A stretch of 64,000 nt of DNA from Eledone cirrhosa (Eukaryota): contig OZ024754.1 in assembly GCA_964016885.1 (NCBI GenBank), forward strand, positions 27,342,001-27,406,000, in the 5' to 3' direction. This document shows, piece after piece, positions 28,355-41,837 of this stretch. The notes below the pieces were generated by a model. That model did no database searches. It saw only the letters and a list, made by a program, of their open reading frames with translations, and was not told the origin of the DNA. Both the position numbers and the translations under genes were made by a program. The first letter of the stretch is position 1. Each line of letters begins with the position of its first letter.

Positions 28355-29246
28355 ATATATAGTGTGTGTATATATATATATATAGTGAGTAACGGTTTTC
28401 GAAATATTTACTTCTGCGTTCACAGATTTATTATTTTAGTTTCAGAAGATCCCGTTAAGGGTGAAAGCAGCGATTCTTTGCTTAAACTTTAATCTGTTAT
28501 TTTAATATATATATATATAATAATAATAAAATGTGGAGAAGGAACACACGAGTGAGGATATATATATATATATATATGAAAACAGGGAGAAAAAGATGAT
28601 TATTAGGAAGAAAAATATATTATTTTCCTTTTTATTTTTTTATTTTTTCTGGGTTAGAAAATGATTAAAACAAAATATTTTATTTTGTGTGACGTGTTAA
28701 GGTATTAGTTAATTTATTTATTAATTAACAATGGGATTTATTTATTTATATATTTAATAATTGTCTATTACCGGTTTCAGCATTTTGATGCAAAGTAAAA
28801 TATTTTGTTTTAATCATTTTCTAACCCAGAAAAAAAAAAAAAGAAAAAAAAATATTTTTCTTCCTAATAATCGTCTTTTTCTCCCTGTTTTCATATATAT
28901 ATATATATATCGTATATATATATATAATTATATATTCGTTATATTTTTGCATACACATATAAACAAAAGTATTTATTTCGCGATAAAGTACTGATTTTCT
29001 TCGAACGGAAAAAAACCCTGGTAATGTACGACGAACTTTTTTTATAAGCACAAAATGTAGACACTAACCCGAGGCCGAGGTATTCCGTACTGTTATTTAT
29101 ATATTCGTGTGCAGATATTTTTTGCATACACAATAACAAAATATAAACAAACGTATTATCTTCACGAAGCTTGAGAAGGATAAATATATATCAAATATAT
29201 AAGAACCCTAGAGCAAATCCCGAGCAACACCGGGCCATTCTGCTAG
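27959..29246 (+). mobile_element. Non-autonomous Helitron
   Basis: 5' TCTATATTACTAAAA after an A; subterminal hairpin CCCG-agcaacac-CGGG (29219-29234) then CTAG followed by T; no TSD. Confidence 0.8.
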
Positions 29247-30284
29247 TTTTTACTAAAACGAAGAAATCCAGAAAGTGATTGGGTGTTAGTTAACTACATT
29301 CCACTATGTAAAAAACAGAATTATTAACATAAATAAGATTTAAAGATAAATAAATGGAAATTTAGCGTGCTATTTGGTGTTGGGAATTTATCGAAGCGTA
29401 AAATCTTCGCAAGAGAACCTAATGAGAAAACAATTTCAACTCGTCTCATAGTTAGTTAGAACATATAAAGATAAAAAAAGTGGGAAAGACCTCATCAGGT
29501 GTAATGTATATATTAAAGAGAGCAGTAACAGCACCAATTTCCGGAAAGATACTAGTGTGAAACACGCTCATATATGAACATATACATACTGATGTGTTAA
29601 TTCAAAATATATCAATCTGTCCTTGTGTATGGATGTATGATGGCATGTATGCATGTATGTATAGTTCTCACTATGTATATACCAATTAATATATATATGT
29701 ATGTAAGTATGCAGGTATGTATGTATGTATGATGGTATGTATGCATGTACATATGTAAGTATGTATATATGTGTGTGTATATGTATGCATGTACGTATGC
29801 ATGTATGTATGTTTGCATATATGTATGTACATATTTAAGGATGGATGGATGTGTGCATGTGTAACCAGCCAATTGATTTTATACATATGTGTGTGAGTGC
29901 GGGTGCGTGTGCATGTGAATGTGTACGTGAATGTGCGTCTGTGTGTGCGTACCTGGATGTGTGTGAGTGTGGAAATGGATAACCATATAAAATTCAGCGT
30001 AGAACATCTCAATGACCCCGGATACATCCCCTGTCTCGTCTTCCAATTAATTGAACATCGCGGAAGGCGGCAAAATGAACCCCAACTTCTACATAAAAAC
30101 AGTCAGCAAGTACCAGTTTCATCCCTAGAAATATGCCCTCCATAACAATACCAAAAGCGGTATATACGAACCGAGTTCACCCGCCTCAAAGACAGACGCC
30201 ATCACAGGTAGAACCACCCAAACGTAGAAATTAATAGAATTAATTAAAGTGTTACCTATGGTTTTTCACACACCCAGATTTAAG

Positions 30285-30325
<41 letters not shown>

Positions 30326-30328
30326 ATG

Positions 30329-30465
<137 letters not shown>

Positions 30466-30681
30466 ATATATATATATATCTTTAGGTTTGCTGGTTCACC
30501 ACTGGATAGAACTGGTCATTCCGTATGGTCAATCCTGGTGTAATATTGTGAAGAATACTCAACGCAGTGCAGTTCACCCATCTTCGTTTGTGTAGTTGGT
30601 GGTGCGAGTACGGAGTTAATTATAAATGAAATAACATTTTTCGGACCCATGGCTTTTTACATATTCCTTTGTTATATTCCA

Positions 30682-30739
30682 ATACCTGATGATATCACCG
30701 GATTCATATAGAACCAGGACATTGAAATGATCATAGTAT
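30682..30739 (+). ncRNA. Type I hammerhead ribozyme motif (stem II decayed)
   Basis: ATAC-CTGATGA-...-GAA-ATGATCAT-A-GTAT inside a ~310-bp segment between microsatellites. Confidence 0.65.
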
Positions 30740-31261
30740 AATAAACCTTTCAAGGATTTACACCAGTCCAGCCTCCTGTTATTTCATTTATATATATATA
30801 TAGGTGTGTATATATATATATATATGTACTGTACTATGTTTAGCAACCAACTGAGTTTGAAAGGCAAATTATTTGAAGTGAAGGAGAAGTCAGAGTATAG
30901 AGGGATAAAGCAAATACTGCAAAACATTCTGTCCAAATTTTAAATGATTCTGCCAATTCGCTCTATATCGTCATAAATGCAAGACATCTTACAAAAGTTT
31001 AGCCGCGCTAAACATGGCGTATTATGAGAACATGGAACTCTGATAATAAATCGTCTCTATTATATAATTACGGGAAAAGGAACATAGCACTGAAAGTGTA
31101 TAATTATCCAATCAGAACTACCGAAGATCATATAACACAGGAAAGAATTTTAGACCAAATTAGTAATATAGACGCTATCATTTTTATTATTATTGCTTTG
31201 GGAAGATTTGCAGGATAGCATACACACAGAGGGAATGCGGAAAGAGAATTGTTGGTAAATA

Positions 31262-31417
31262 ATAATAATAATTGTTTCTAATTTAGGCACAAGGCCAGCA
31301 ATTACCCAGTGCATTACTGGTACTTTATTTTATCGACCCCGTAAGCATGAAAGGCAAAGTCAACCTCGGCGGGATTTGAACTCAGATCCTAAAGGGACGT
31401 AACTATGCTGGAAAGCA
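31262..31417 (-). mobile_element. 5'-truncated SINE (family A) abutting the LINE tail
   Basis: Family A homology ends at GGAAAGCA; A-box missing. Confidence 0.85.
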
Positions 31418-31460
<43 letters not shown>

Positions 31461-31701
31461 TTTTCTTTATTAACCACAAGGGTTTACATAAAGTAGACAT
31501 TAAGGACAGTACAGGACAATACAGGACGGTACAAATGGGCATTTCTGCGTGTAAAAAACAGAGGATGAAATAAAATAACAAAGAAAAATTCCCCAATAGG
31601 GGGGAGACTTCCGAGGGAAATTTGTGGAGAAAGCCCATTAAAAGACCACAGTGGCCCTGACCACCAGGGCAAGTGCCCTCTCCCAGTTTTCCACCTTTAA
31701 T

Positions 31702-34191
31702 TTACAGACACATACTCAGAGAAGGCCCATTCATTCGGGCCATACTTGCTTCTCTCACCCATCTTTCAACAAAATGCTGGGAAGAGAGCACTTCCCTCTC
31801 TACCCTGATTTTCCTTTTCAGATGAAATTTGAAAAAGTTAATCAGGGCATCACCGAAGAGGTAAGTGCTCGTCTTCAGCCCTTTCAAACGTGTCCACCAT
31901 ACTATCTCTTTCGCCATGGCCACCAGACAGATAAAAACTGCCTGCCCTTCCCGGCTAAAGGAAGAGGGCGGGGCAATCCTCACGATGGACTCAGCTGATA
32001 GCTGGATCCGTCCTACACGTGACAGCAGGTGTTCGACATAAACCCACAAGTCAGCAATGCTCGGACACTGGACGAGTGCGTGCAGGACGGTTTCGTCGCC
32101 CCGTGCGCATCTCGGACATGCCCGGCTGACGGCACCTCCATGCCTGTAAAGTTTATCCCGAACTGGCAAAGCACCCCGGTAGCACTGCCAGGCCAGGGAT
32201 TTCTGGAAGTTGTCCATAGGCCCCGGCCCGAAAGTCCTTCCGAAGAGATTGGCTAGTTGATTTTCGTCGACGCCTAGAGTTTCTCCAAGTACGTCGTCGC
32301 TCTTCCCCTCCACTAATCCCCTATAGAACCCCAAGTTGGAGTTTCCACCGATCACATTGCCCGATTGGTCGAGGGCTGTGAGCGCCTGAAGACATTCCAG
32401 TCTCCAAGCGCTCCCTCTCGGTCTTCGCTTGACCCAGGACTGCAGCTCCGTCAAGGAGACGAGCTGGGGAAAAACGTGTCTAGCAAACGGCGACCACACC
32501 TGATCACCGTCGAGGAAGAGGTGGAGATGTCGTAGCCTGAGCGCGTGTCTGCGCATCACCAGCCACGGCATGCCCAGCCCTCCACGTAGCGGGTGTTGAC
32601 AGCAGATGGACCGCCTGACCATCGGAGCGCGTCCCTTCCACAAGAAGCGAAAGAGCAAACGCTCCAGCGCAGTCAGGCGGGGCTTAGGACAAGGTACGAC
32701 GGTCAGGCGGTAGCAGATGACAGACGCGATGTACGCGTTAGCCACCTCCGCTCGACCTTTCAGGGATAGCTTCCTCTCGGCCCATTTCTGGGTGAGAGAA
32801 GCCACCCTGCTCGTCACCTCGTCCCGGTTTTTGTCCGTCTGGAGGTCTGGACCGAACCAGATCCCTAGCAATTTAACCGGTCCGTCTGTCCAGCGCCCGA
32901 CGACGCTGTTGGGCGGCATGGACCTGCCTCTCCAGGTGCCGAGCTGCAGGCCCACTGACTTTTCCTGGTTGATCATTGCTCCTGTCACCGCTTCGTATTC
33001 TCTTAGTGTAGTGCCGATCGCCTCGATGTGTTTGGCGTTCGACACCACTACGGTGACATCGTCGGCATATGCTGACACGGATCTTCCGCATCCTAGTTCG
33101 CGCGGGATTCCCCTCAACGTCTCCAGTTTGTGCAGTAATGGCTCGAGAGTCAATACGTACAATAGGGACGAGAGGGGACATCTTTGGCGGACCGAGCGCA
33201 TGATGTTGAACAGTTCCGAAAGGTGATCGTTCACTCTCACTACAGAGCAGATGTCGCTGTGCATGGCAGCGATCCAGCCTCTGAAGACGGGCCCAAAGCC
33301 AGCCGCCCTCAGGACTGCCTCTAGGTAACGATGGTCGACCCTATCGAAGGCTTTCGACTGATCTAAATTGATCAAAGACCCACCCGTGCCGGGTTCCCTA
33401 GCTACCCTCTCTACGATGTATCGCATGAGGTGGAGGTTGTCGTGGATGGATCTGTCGGGAATGGCGCATGTCTGTGCCTCTCCCACCAGACCACCAACGA
33501 CAAGCGCCAACCTCTTTGCTAGCACCTTGGCCAAAATCTTGAACTCTGTGTTTAGCAGAGTTATGGGCCTAAAATTATCTATGTTATCCCCCTTGTTCGG
33601 ATCCTTTCTCAGCAGCGCCACCGCTCCTCGGCTCACAGAGCTGGGAATTCTCCCGTTCTGTTGCCAGTTGCAGTAGACGTCCGCCAAGAGGCCTCCGAAC
33701 AAGTTTGGCATTTGTACGTAAAGTTCATAGGGCAGACCATCCAAACCAGTCGATTTACCCCTTGTGCAACTAGTCATTGCATCCCGTACTTCAGCGGTTG
33801 TTATCGGCTTTTCGCAACACTCCGCCTCAGTGGCCGAAAGCCCCGGCAGTCCGTCGAGGTAGACACTAAAGTCCATCCCTCGATCCGGCCCGCCACTGCC
33901 CCCGAACAGTTGAGCGAAGTGTCGCTGAAAAGCTTCACACATTTGCCCGGGATCGAGTAGCATGCGCCCGTCGTGGTCCACCAAAGACCGTATCGTGGCT
34001 TTGTTGCCACGACGCGCCTCCGCCACTCGGGCCCATTGAACGGCTTTCGTCCCCTCGTATCTGAGAGCACGCACCCTAGCTCTGACAACGCAGCCTTCGT
34101 GCTTTGCATTGAAGAATTGGTCAAGGGCCAATTTCGCCGCAAGTACGTCGGTCGCGATGCCTTTGCTAAGCGCCTCGTCTAATATTTTCAA
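31702..34191 (-). CDS. LINE ORF2 reverse transcriptase + C-terminal zinc knuckle
   Basis: GLDGLPYE, FRPITLLN, LDQSKAFDRV, VRQRCPLS, YADD, LLG, GGLG, CPRC..H..C. Confidence 0.9.
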   Translation of the reverse strand: MKILDEALSKGIATDVLAAKLALDQFFNAKHEGCVVRARVRALRYEGTKAVQWARVAEARRGNKATIRSLVDHDGRMLLDPGQMCEAFQRHFAQLFGGSGGPDRGMDFSVYLDGLPGLSATEAECCEKPITTAEVRDAMTSCTRGKSTGLDGLPYELYVQMPNLFGGLLADVYCNWQQNGRIPSSVSRGAVALLRKDPNKGDNIDNFRPITLLNTEFKILAKVLAKRLALVVGGLVGEAQTCAIPDRSIHDNLHLMRYIVERVAREPGTGGSLINLDQSKAFDRVDHRYLEAVLRAAGFGPVFRGWIAAMHSDICSVVRVNDHLSELFNIMRSVRQRCPLSSLLYVLTLEPLLHKLETLRGIPRELGCGRSVSAYADDVTVVVSNAKHIEAIGTTLREYEAVTGAMINQEKSVGLQLGTWRGRSMPPNSVVGRWTDGPVKLLGIWFGPDLQTDKNRDEVTSRVASLTQKWAERKLSLKGRAEVANAYIASVICYRLTVVPCPKPRLTALERLLFRFLWKGRAPMVRRSICCQHPLRGGLGMPWLVMRRHALRLRHLHLFLDGDQVWSPFARHVFPQLVSLTELQSWVKRRPRGSAWRLECLQALTALDQSGNVIGGNSNLGFYRGLVEGKSDDVLGETLGVDENQLANLFGRTFGPGPMDNFQKSLAWQCYRGALPVRDKLYRHGGAVSRACPRCARGDETVLHALVQCPSIADLWVYVEHLLSRVGRIQLSAESIVRIAPPSSFSREGQAVFICLVAMAKEIVWWTRLKGLKTSTYLFGDALINFFKFHLKRKIRVEREVLSSQHFVERWVREASMARMNGPSLSMCL

Positions 34192-35123
34192 ACTAGTTCT
34201 CCCTCTGCTCTATTTTTCTCTATTGCTAAAGTCTTACTAAACCTAATGGACTCTATTCTAATTGCTCTTTTCAGAGCAAACCACCACTTGTTGTTGACGA
34301 TGGCCCCCGTCAACGCCCGCTTAACTAGTTCGCTAATCCGGTCTCTGTAGGCCTTGTGCGCTGGTAAGGACGCGTTTAGCTTCCAGTAGCCGGGTCCTCG
34401 CCTATGAAGCCTATCTAAGTCAAGCACACAGATCACGAATTTGTGGTCCGTGTAGCTGACTATCTTGAATTGGGGACAGCCTATGCTAGACCTATCTATT
34501 TCCCTACAAAATACTCTATCTAGATATGATCTGGATGACCCTATGCGATTTGTCCAAGTCCACATTGGTACATTCGGGAAATCCATTCGGTACCTGTCAG
34601 ACAGTTCAAAACGTCTGAGCAGGTTGGTGAGACTCTTGCACCCTCCTTCCCTATCCACTAATCCCACACAATCCCAGCGTGCATCTAAGATCCCGTTCCA
34701 GTCGCCCACTAACACTAAAGAGCGGGACGTTCCAAGAAAGGTCTCCAGACGCCGGAAGAAATCAGGCCGCCCTGCTCCTGTCGGGACATAGACGGCCACT
34801 AACCTGAAAGCTTGCCCGTCTCCGCTGGTCACGTCCAGCACCACCAACTTACCTTCTGGGTCCAGGAAGATGGCCCGTATGGCAAGATCCAAACCTCTCC
34901 GAAAAAGCACAGCAACTCTTCCCCCCGATCCCGGACGGCTGGGAGATGCGTACACATCGTAGCCGCCGAAGATCGGTGCGAAAGCCTGTGCTTCGGAGAT
35001 TCTGGTCTCGCTGATGGCCACTACATCTATGTTTAGTGACCTGAGGTCGTTGAGCAGGTGGCCCTGCTTCCATGACGACCCCAAGCCACGCGCATTTATG
35101 CTGCCTATTCTGAGTGAGGTCAT
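34188..35123 (-). CDS. LINE ORF2 apurinic-like endonuclease domain (frameshifted from RT)
   Basis: SINARGL, ISET, VGDWN, WTW, SYLDR, TDH, GPGYWKLNAS motifs. Confidence 0.88.
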   Translation of the reverse strand: MTSLRIGSINARGLGSSWKQGHLLNDLRSLNIDVVAISETRISEAQAFAPIFGGYDVYASPSRPGSGGRVAVLFRRGLDLAIRAIFLDPEGKLVVLDVTSGDGQAFRLVAVYVPTGAGRPDFFRRLETFLGTSRSLVLVGDWNGILDARWDCVGLVDREGGCKSLTNLLRRFELSDRYRMDFPNVPMWTWTNRIGSSRSYLDRVFCREIDRSSIGCPQFKIVSYTDHKFVICVLDLDRLHRRGPGYWKLNASLPAHKAYRDRISELVKRALTGAIVNNKWWFALKRAIRIESIRFSKTLAIEKNRAEGELV

Positions 35124-35963
35124 GTTGAAAAGGAGTGGAAAAGATGGGAAAGACCACTTACCTTACTTCTCGTAGGGGAAGGAGGTTTTTCCATCCTTTT
35201 CACTGCTTGTGGCCTCCTCAGGAAGGATGTCCTTATAAATCCTCCTGGAGAGTGCTTGTCGGAAGTCTCCGATGTCTTTGGGGAATTTTTGTTTTAGTGT
35301 CATGTACGTTTTCTGTGTGATGCGAGTGATTTGTATGTGTGGAGGTGGTGTGAATTTTGGGGTTGTTGTGTAGTCTTTTTCTGTGATGCTGGTGTTGTGT
35401 TGCATGTAGTGTAATAATTGCTTGTTGTTCAAATTTAATGCTGTGTAGTGTGTATCGTTTTTGGTTGTTTTGTTTTGTTTGCGTTTGTTGTGGGTTTGTT
35501 TCTGTTTCGCATTTTGGTGACTTTTGTGGTGTAGGTGATGGTGGTATTGGAGTTAATGATGGTGATGGTGTTGGTGTTTGGGTTGATGGGGTTGGTGATG
35601 CTGGTGTGGATGGTGGCATATCTGTCCTAACTTTTTTGTTTCTTAGTTTATTTGTTTCCCTCTGTATTTTGTTTTTGGAGGGGGAAGGAAGAGAATTTTT
35701 TCTTTTTTGGTTTCTTTTTTTTTTCCGGATATCGTTTCCCACTCCTCGTCGTCACAATCTGTCTCCAGTTGTGATAGGCCGGGGAGTGGAAAATCCTCCA
35801 CAGGCGTTAGTTTTGGTTGTGGCGTGGTGGATGGTGTAGGCGCTGGTGCTAGTTCTGAAGCGTTGGGTGGTGGTGGTGTTGGTTTTGCTGGTGGTGGTGG
35901 TGGTGTTGGTTTTGCTACTGTTGCTGGGGTTGTTGCTGTTATAGTTGCTTCTGTTGTTGCTTC

Positions 35964-36063
<100 letters not shown>

Positions 36064-36874
36064 TTTATACATACAGGTTCACATACATACATGTTTGTGT
36101 CACCTTTGTGGTGTTTCTGAAAGTTCTGGGTAATAATAGAGCAGAATGGATTTTCTTTCAATCAACATTAAGTATTGCAGTGATTGACGTAAGTATACCA
36201 TAATCATGGTCTCATTTGTTCTAAATGGCATTTGAAAAACAACACATAACACTTCTCCATTGCACAGAAATATTTTTAGTATTCTTAAGTCACTTAAAGC
36301 TTTCGCCGCCCAAAGGAAAGTTAAGACGTAAAAAATCGAATAAATCTGTTGTGTATTCTTTTAAATGTAATTTCCATTCTCTTGACCAATAAAAAAAAAA
36401 CACCAGTAATAAACAATTAGATAATTAGATTAATTGGAATGGAATGAAACTCCCTCATTTTCGACGTTGAGTGATCCTGTTGTTCAAATAACGGAAGAGC
36501 TTGCTCGTGAAATTAACGGCCAAGTGGCTTGGCTGAGTAATACAACAAACCCATGCACACTCAATAGGATTCTCGCAAAGATGCTTTGCGGTACAGTATG
36601 TGACAAGGCTGTTCCTTTCAATTACAGATACAGTCCAACGGTGTTCCGAACAACTGCCGTCTACCTAATTTTACTCACAAAGCTTGGGTTGACCCGAGAC
36701 TTTGTAAAATGACACTTACTCAAGCTGCCATTCAATAACATCAATTTTTAAATCAAATGATTGCTAAGAAAACTCTTTAAACATTAGGCCATGTTGCAAT
36801 CGTGATTTGAATAAGCCTGCATAAAACTTAATCACTTGTGTTTAGATAGGGACAAGAATGTTTCATAATAGTTT

Positions 36875-37116
36875 ATGATTTAGGCTCAAGACCAACACTT
36901 TTTGGGGAGGGGAAAGTCGATTAAATCATCGACCCAGTGCAATGCAGGTACTTTATCGACCCAGTGCAATGCAGGTACTTTATTTATCGACCCCGTATGG
37001 TAAAAGGGCAAATTTAACATCGGCGAGATTTGAATTCAGAAGGTAAACAGCCATAAATTTGATGCTGCAAAGCATGTTGTCCGACGCTTTACTGATCCTG
37101 CCAATCCACTGCCCTT
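36875..37116 (-). mobile_element. tRNA-derived SINE (family A long variant) with short internal duplication
   Basis: Family homology; ATCGACCCAGTGCAATGCAGGTACTTT occurs twice. Confidence 0.8.
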
Positions 37117-38773
37117 AGAATGTTTTATAATGAGTAAGGAAATCTATGGGGATTTTAATTTTATCCACTCAGTACCTCAGTCATACTTCGTCAATATTTA
37201 CACCGATTTATCGCAGTAACGATCTCTTAGATTTTGACAGAAAATCGTTGATTTGGTGATCCAAACAAGTGTTTTTAATGTTATTTTGGAAACAAACCCA
37301 ACTCCCGTCTGTAAGAAACCAGCTAAATCTACGTAGGTACGAGCTGTAACAACAATTCTTTGTAAATTTATTCAAACAATTCAAACAAATTCATAGTAAA
37401 ATATATAACGTTTCTTGTATTTATGTTTGAGGATGGTTCCCAAATTTGATGCCAAATAATTGCATGCAGTAATAATTGTAAGCCACCGAAAACACCATAT
37501 TGTGAATTAAATAGAAATGGAAATCAAAAGTGCGAACATTACGGCATGAGTTTGTGAGTAATATGAAAAAAGAAAACACGTTGATTGTAATGCATTTTGG
37601 GGTTTCAAACTTGTTGAATCTTTCCTTTTCGTTGCATACACAAGAGATTCAACAAGCTTGATAAAAGAACAATATCTAAGAATATAAATGAACAAATAAA
37701 ACATATATTTAGCCGAAACATATAGCTGTTGCAACTATATTAAAATCCATGAGGATACGTTCAAATATGTGAATTGTTTTCTTTCGTGTGATTATTGATG
37801 ATACAAAAGGATATATTTTATACTTAAATAGTTGTTCCCATCATTTCTTAGATTAGTTTCTTGTTTAAAGAGAAATAACAACAATAATTTAGTAAATTTA
37901 GTAAATTAAAAATAAGAATGCATTGTATTTTGATTTCGTTTCGTTTTCTCTTGCATTCTTCTTACTGCTTCCGAAATAGTGCTATTTAGTGGTTTACATC
38001 TCAACCAAAATTATCCGTCGGCTAAACAATACGCACTTTTCATGCAGCTCAACGCACAAGACAATAAATTAGGTACAACATGTAGTATCTAATTGGTGAG
38101 TTGTTGGTTGTTCCATTACACTTCAGCATTCCATAGAGATAAAAGTTGGTTCCATACAACTTCCCCTGTTACATAAATCTTGCTTTTCCTGATTATCGAT
38201 TTTAGAATTATAGAGGATAGAAAAAAATTCTAAACTTTTAAGAAAGTATTGTTTAGGGAGTATGCATTAGATAAGTACAGAATGTATCAGTTGTTAAAGA
38301 TTCTTGTTGAGATGATCCCTCACCTGATTAAACAAGAAGATTCAACTGTGAGAGTGATAAACTTGGAATAATGTATTTTTATTTTCCTAATGTTATGAAT
38401 TCCCGTGTGTCTTACATACAACAAGTTTAAAGTTAACGTTACAACATCCGGATTGAAAATCAATGACCGCAAATCATAGTTTGCTATTAGCAAGAACTAT
38501 AAATATATTCATTTATTAGGAGAACTATAAATATATTCATTTTATTATAGAAATGACTCCTAAGGACTAGAACTGTTTCATTCGTAAGAAATCCTGTCTA
38601 TTCCTCATGATTTCTAACGAATAAAATAATTCCAGTCCCGTGGAAGTTATTTCTATAATAAAATTAATACCAATATTTTACTAATGTATTGAGTACCTTT
38701 TTTGGCAGTGGTCGCATCTCGATTTACATCGGAATCCTACATGTTATATATACACATATATATAATTGTATAT

Positions 38774-38842
<69 letters not shown>

Positions 38843-38942
38843 ATTATAATAAAACACATGATCAAGTGGTATATGTGGTGATCATTGACCGTCACCAATG
38901 TGGTAATCTGGTAGAAAAAAAAATCACAACAAAAGAGTTACT

Positions 38943-39009
<67 letters not shown>

Positions 39010-39020
39010 CCCCTCTCTCT

Positions 39021-39079
<59 letters not shown>

Positions 39080-39654
39080 CGGCACCTGTGCATGCACTGT
39101 TCCGAAATAGATATTATATCAACAGGTGCATTATTTTCATCACGTACATTCTATTTGTAGAAAGCAAATCTTCATTATATCACAGAGTACAGTCTTTCAG
39201 AGGAAGAATATGCATAAAAAAAAAAATAATGTGACAGCGTTTGTCCTTAGCTAAGCTTCAGCTGGGGGCTAAATTAGGTCATTAAAGTACAATAATACAT
39301 GAACACAATGTAATTATTTTGATAGTATACATTTTACCTTTACATAGTCTAAAAGAGATGCTATTCTTGCTGCTTCATTTCATTTTGAAGTTATTTAAAA
39401 TTTCATTGAGTAAGTGACATGTGTAAATACTTCGTTTTCCCAGTGGAAGAGCCTATAACTATATCAATATCTATATGAAGATGGTCTCAGAGTTATTGTT
39501 GATATTGTGCTAAACATAGATACGGCAGATTGGAAAACTTTTTGTTGAAAGATCTTGCGGTACCCAATCATGGCTGTGGGGCTATTTCTATAACGAGAGA
39601 AATATAGATGTAATTTTAGGAGTTAAAAGACGATGATATATATATATATATATA

Positions 39655-40070
39655 TAAAAGAAGAAATTAAAAGATGGTTAAAAAAGTTCCATATATTTTA
39701 TTATGCGCATTTCGAAAACAACATCATCCTAGGAGAAAAATTGTGTTCTCATCATATAAAATAAGGTAACACGATATGAGGCCTAAAAACACTTGTCAAC
39801 ATGAAAGTGTCCAATCTACATATGCAGACTGGACACTTTCATGTTGACAAGTGTTTTTAGGCCTCATATCATGTTACCTTATTTTATCTGATGAGAACAC
39901 GATTTTTGTCCCAGGATGATGTTGTTTTCGAAATGCGTATAATAAAATATATGGAACTTTTTAAACCATCTTTTAATTTCTTCTTTAATATATACTCGAA
40001 TTCTACCAACTGTTGAGTGCTACTTATCTGATATATGCATAGTTTTATTATTCTACAATATTACTCACCT

Positions 40071-40074
<4 letters not shown>
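39655..40074 (+). mobile_element. Solo fold-back pseudo-LTR of the 20148-24192 PLE family
   Basis: Spacer-less hairpin centred on CATATG 39819-39824 (arms ~165 bp) plus 3' extension ending CACCTTCTAC(AC)n. Confidence 0.85.
39880..39949 (+). ncRNA. Type I hammerhead ribozyme
   Basis: TATTTTAT-CTGATGA-GAAC...TTTC-GAAA-TGCGTA-TA-ATAAAATA; the opposite arm copy has a core mutation (ATGATGA). Confidence 0.75.
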
Positions 40075-40158
<84 letters not shown>

Positions 40159-40159
40159 A

Positions 40160-40220
<61 letters not shown>

Positions 40221-40559
40221 ATTGAGATAAGCGGAGCAAGTAACATTCAAACAATTTTTTAAAATAAATTAAAAAATATAATTTAAATATTTACCTATTC
40301 CATTTGCTTTTACCGACGGTTTCACCTTACAAAAGATTGGAGATCCTAGAGACCTCCAATGGACATGTTCGGATCATCACCTACCAGCTAGCACAGGATC
40401 GAATGAGACCGTAAACTTGACCTGTGCATGAACCAGCCCTTAGTAGAAGCAGGAAGTAAACATAAACGTGTTGTCTATCACGCCACTAAAATAGCAGCTA
40501 AATAAAACAACGGATTTGTTCTCTACATAATGGAGAAAATATAAAAGGAGATTAATATC

Positions 40560-41015
40560 CCCACAGGTACTAAGTACCCCTGGAAATGTAACTGTAGAAC
40601 TAAATCAAACTGTCCTTTAAAAGATAAGTGCTTAGATAAGGACGTGGTCTCTAAACGCACAGTGAAAACCAGTGATAATATATTTAACTATGTAGGCTCA
40701 ACTTCTATAGACTTTAAAACTCGTTGGAATAACCACAAATGCTCGTTCAAAATACCTGATAAAAAATCTTCAACTTCTCTATCAAACCTGATATGGAATT
40801 TAAAATCCCAAAATACGGACTATTCTTTAACTTGGTAAATAATTTCAAAAGTACCTGCCTACCGAAATACAGCTTTATCTAGATTTTGCAAATTGTGCGT
40901 TGAGGAAATTTTCTTCATACTTAAATGTAGGAACTCTATTAATGTACGAATGAATTTATTTAGTTCTTGCAAACATCGCCTAAATTCAACGTTTAGAACT
41001 ATATACAAATTATAA
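40560..41015 (+). pseudogene. PLE GIY-YIG endonuclease fragment
   Basis: CNCRTKSNCPLKDKCL..YVGSTSIDFKTRWNNH..LSNLIWNLK..CKLCVEE..CKHR, with an internal stop. Confidence 0.85.
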
Positions 41016-41631
41016 TTACACTTATAATATTTCTACTTATTTCCATAACAACCTTATCCACTCTGTTTTAATATATTGTTTGCTATAATTTCACTTCTTA
41101 AAATTTCTTAAATTATATACATATATGATCCTAAATTTTTAAATTTTAATTTTTAATTTTAACTTTAATTTTAATATTTTTTAAGGTTTTTTAAGGTTTT
41201 TTAATTCTTTCTTTTTTTTTTTTTCATTCTTAAATTTTTCATTTTTTTATTTTTTACTTCTTAAATCTTTCATATATTTTAAAAATTACTTATTTTAAAA
41301 AAATTATTTTTTTTTTTTAAATCTACTTATCTCTTATAAAATATTTTTTAAGGGTTTTTTAAATTTAAAAAATTTTTTTTTAAATTAAAAAAAAAATTTT
41401 TTTTTAAATTTGAAAAAAATTTTCTTTTAAATTTTCCCGAATTTTTAATATTCTTTAATATTTTTTAATAAAATTTTTTTTAATATTTTATTAGATTTAT
41501 AACAACTAACTAATTCAGGCTAAATATATCTTTCAACATTTATATCTTTAAAATTTAAACTTATTTTGACAAAATGGTCTCAATAACGTATATTCCCAAT
41601 TGAAAATATTTAATATATATATATATATATA

Positions 41632-41800
41632 CGTTATTCCGGGTTGAATCGGAGGTAACCACAGTAAGTAAGGTACTCAATACATAGCTGAGTATAACAG
41701 TTTTAATATAGATGAGATTCTACAGGACTAGAACTGTTTCATTCTTTAGAAATCATGATTTCTAAAGAATGAAACAGTTCTATTCCTGTAGAATCTCATC

Positions 41801-41802
<2 letters not shown>
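41632..41802 (-). mobile_element. Short fold-back PLE-type 3' end with hammerhead 3' part; relatives at 13063-13115 and 38545-38700
   Basis: Palindrome centred on TCATGA; ATGA-TTTCT-aa-AGAAT-GAAA-CAGTTCTAG-TC; (TA)n flanks. Confidence 0.7.

Positions 41803-41837
<35 letters not shown>

Noticed and set aside
34180-34200. Programmed -1 frameshift between APE and RT
   Set aside because: No X XXY YYZ slippery heptamer, and LINE ORF2 is normally one frame; an indel or sequencing error is more likely
40305-40385. Minus-strand GTGATGA...GAAACCGTCGGTA resembling the array hammerhead
   Set aside because: Core C3 is mutated and stem I does not pair; at most a relic
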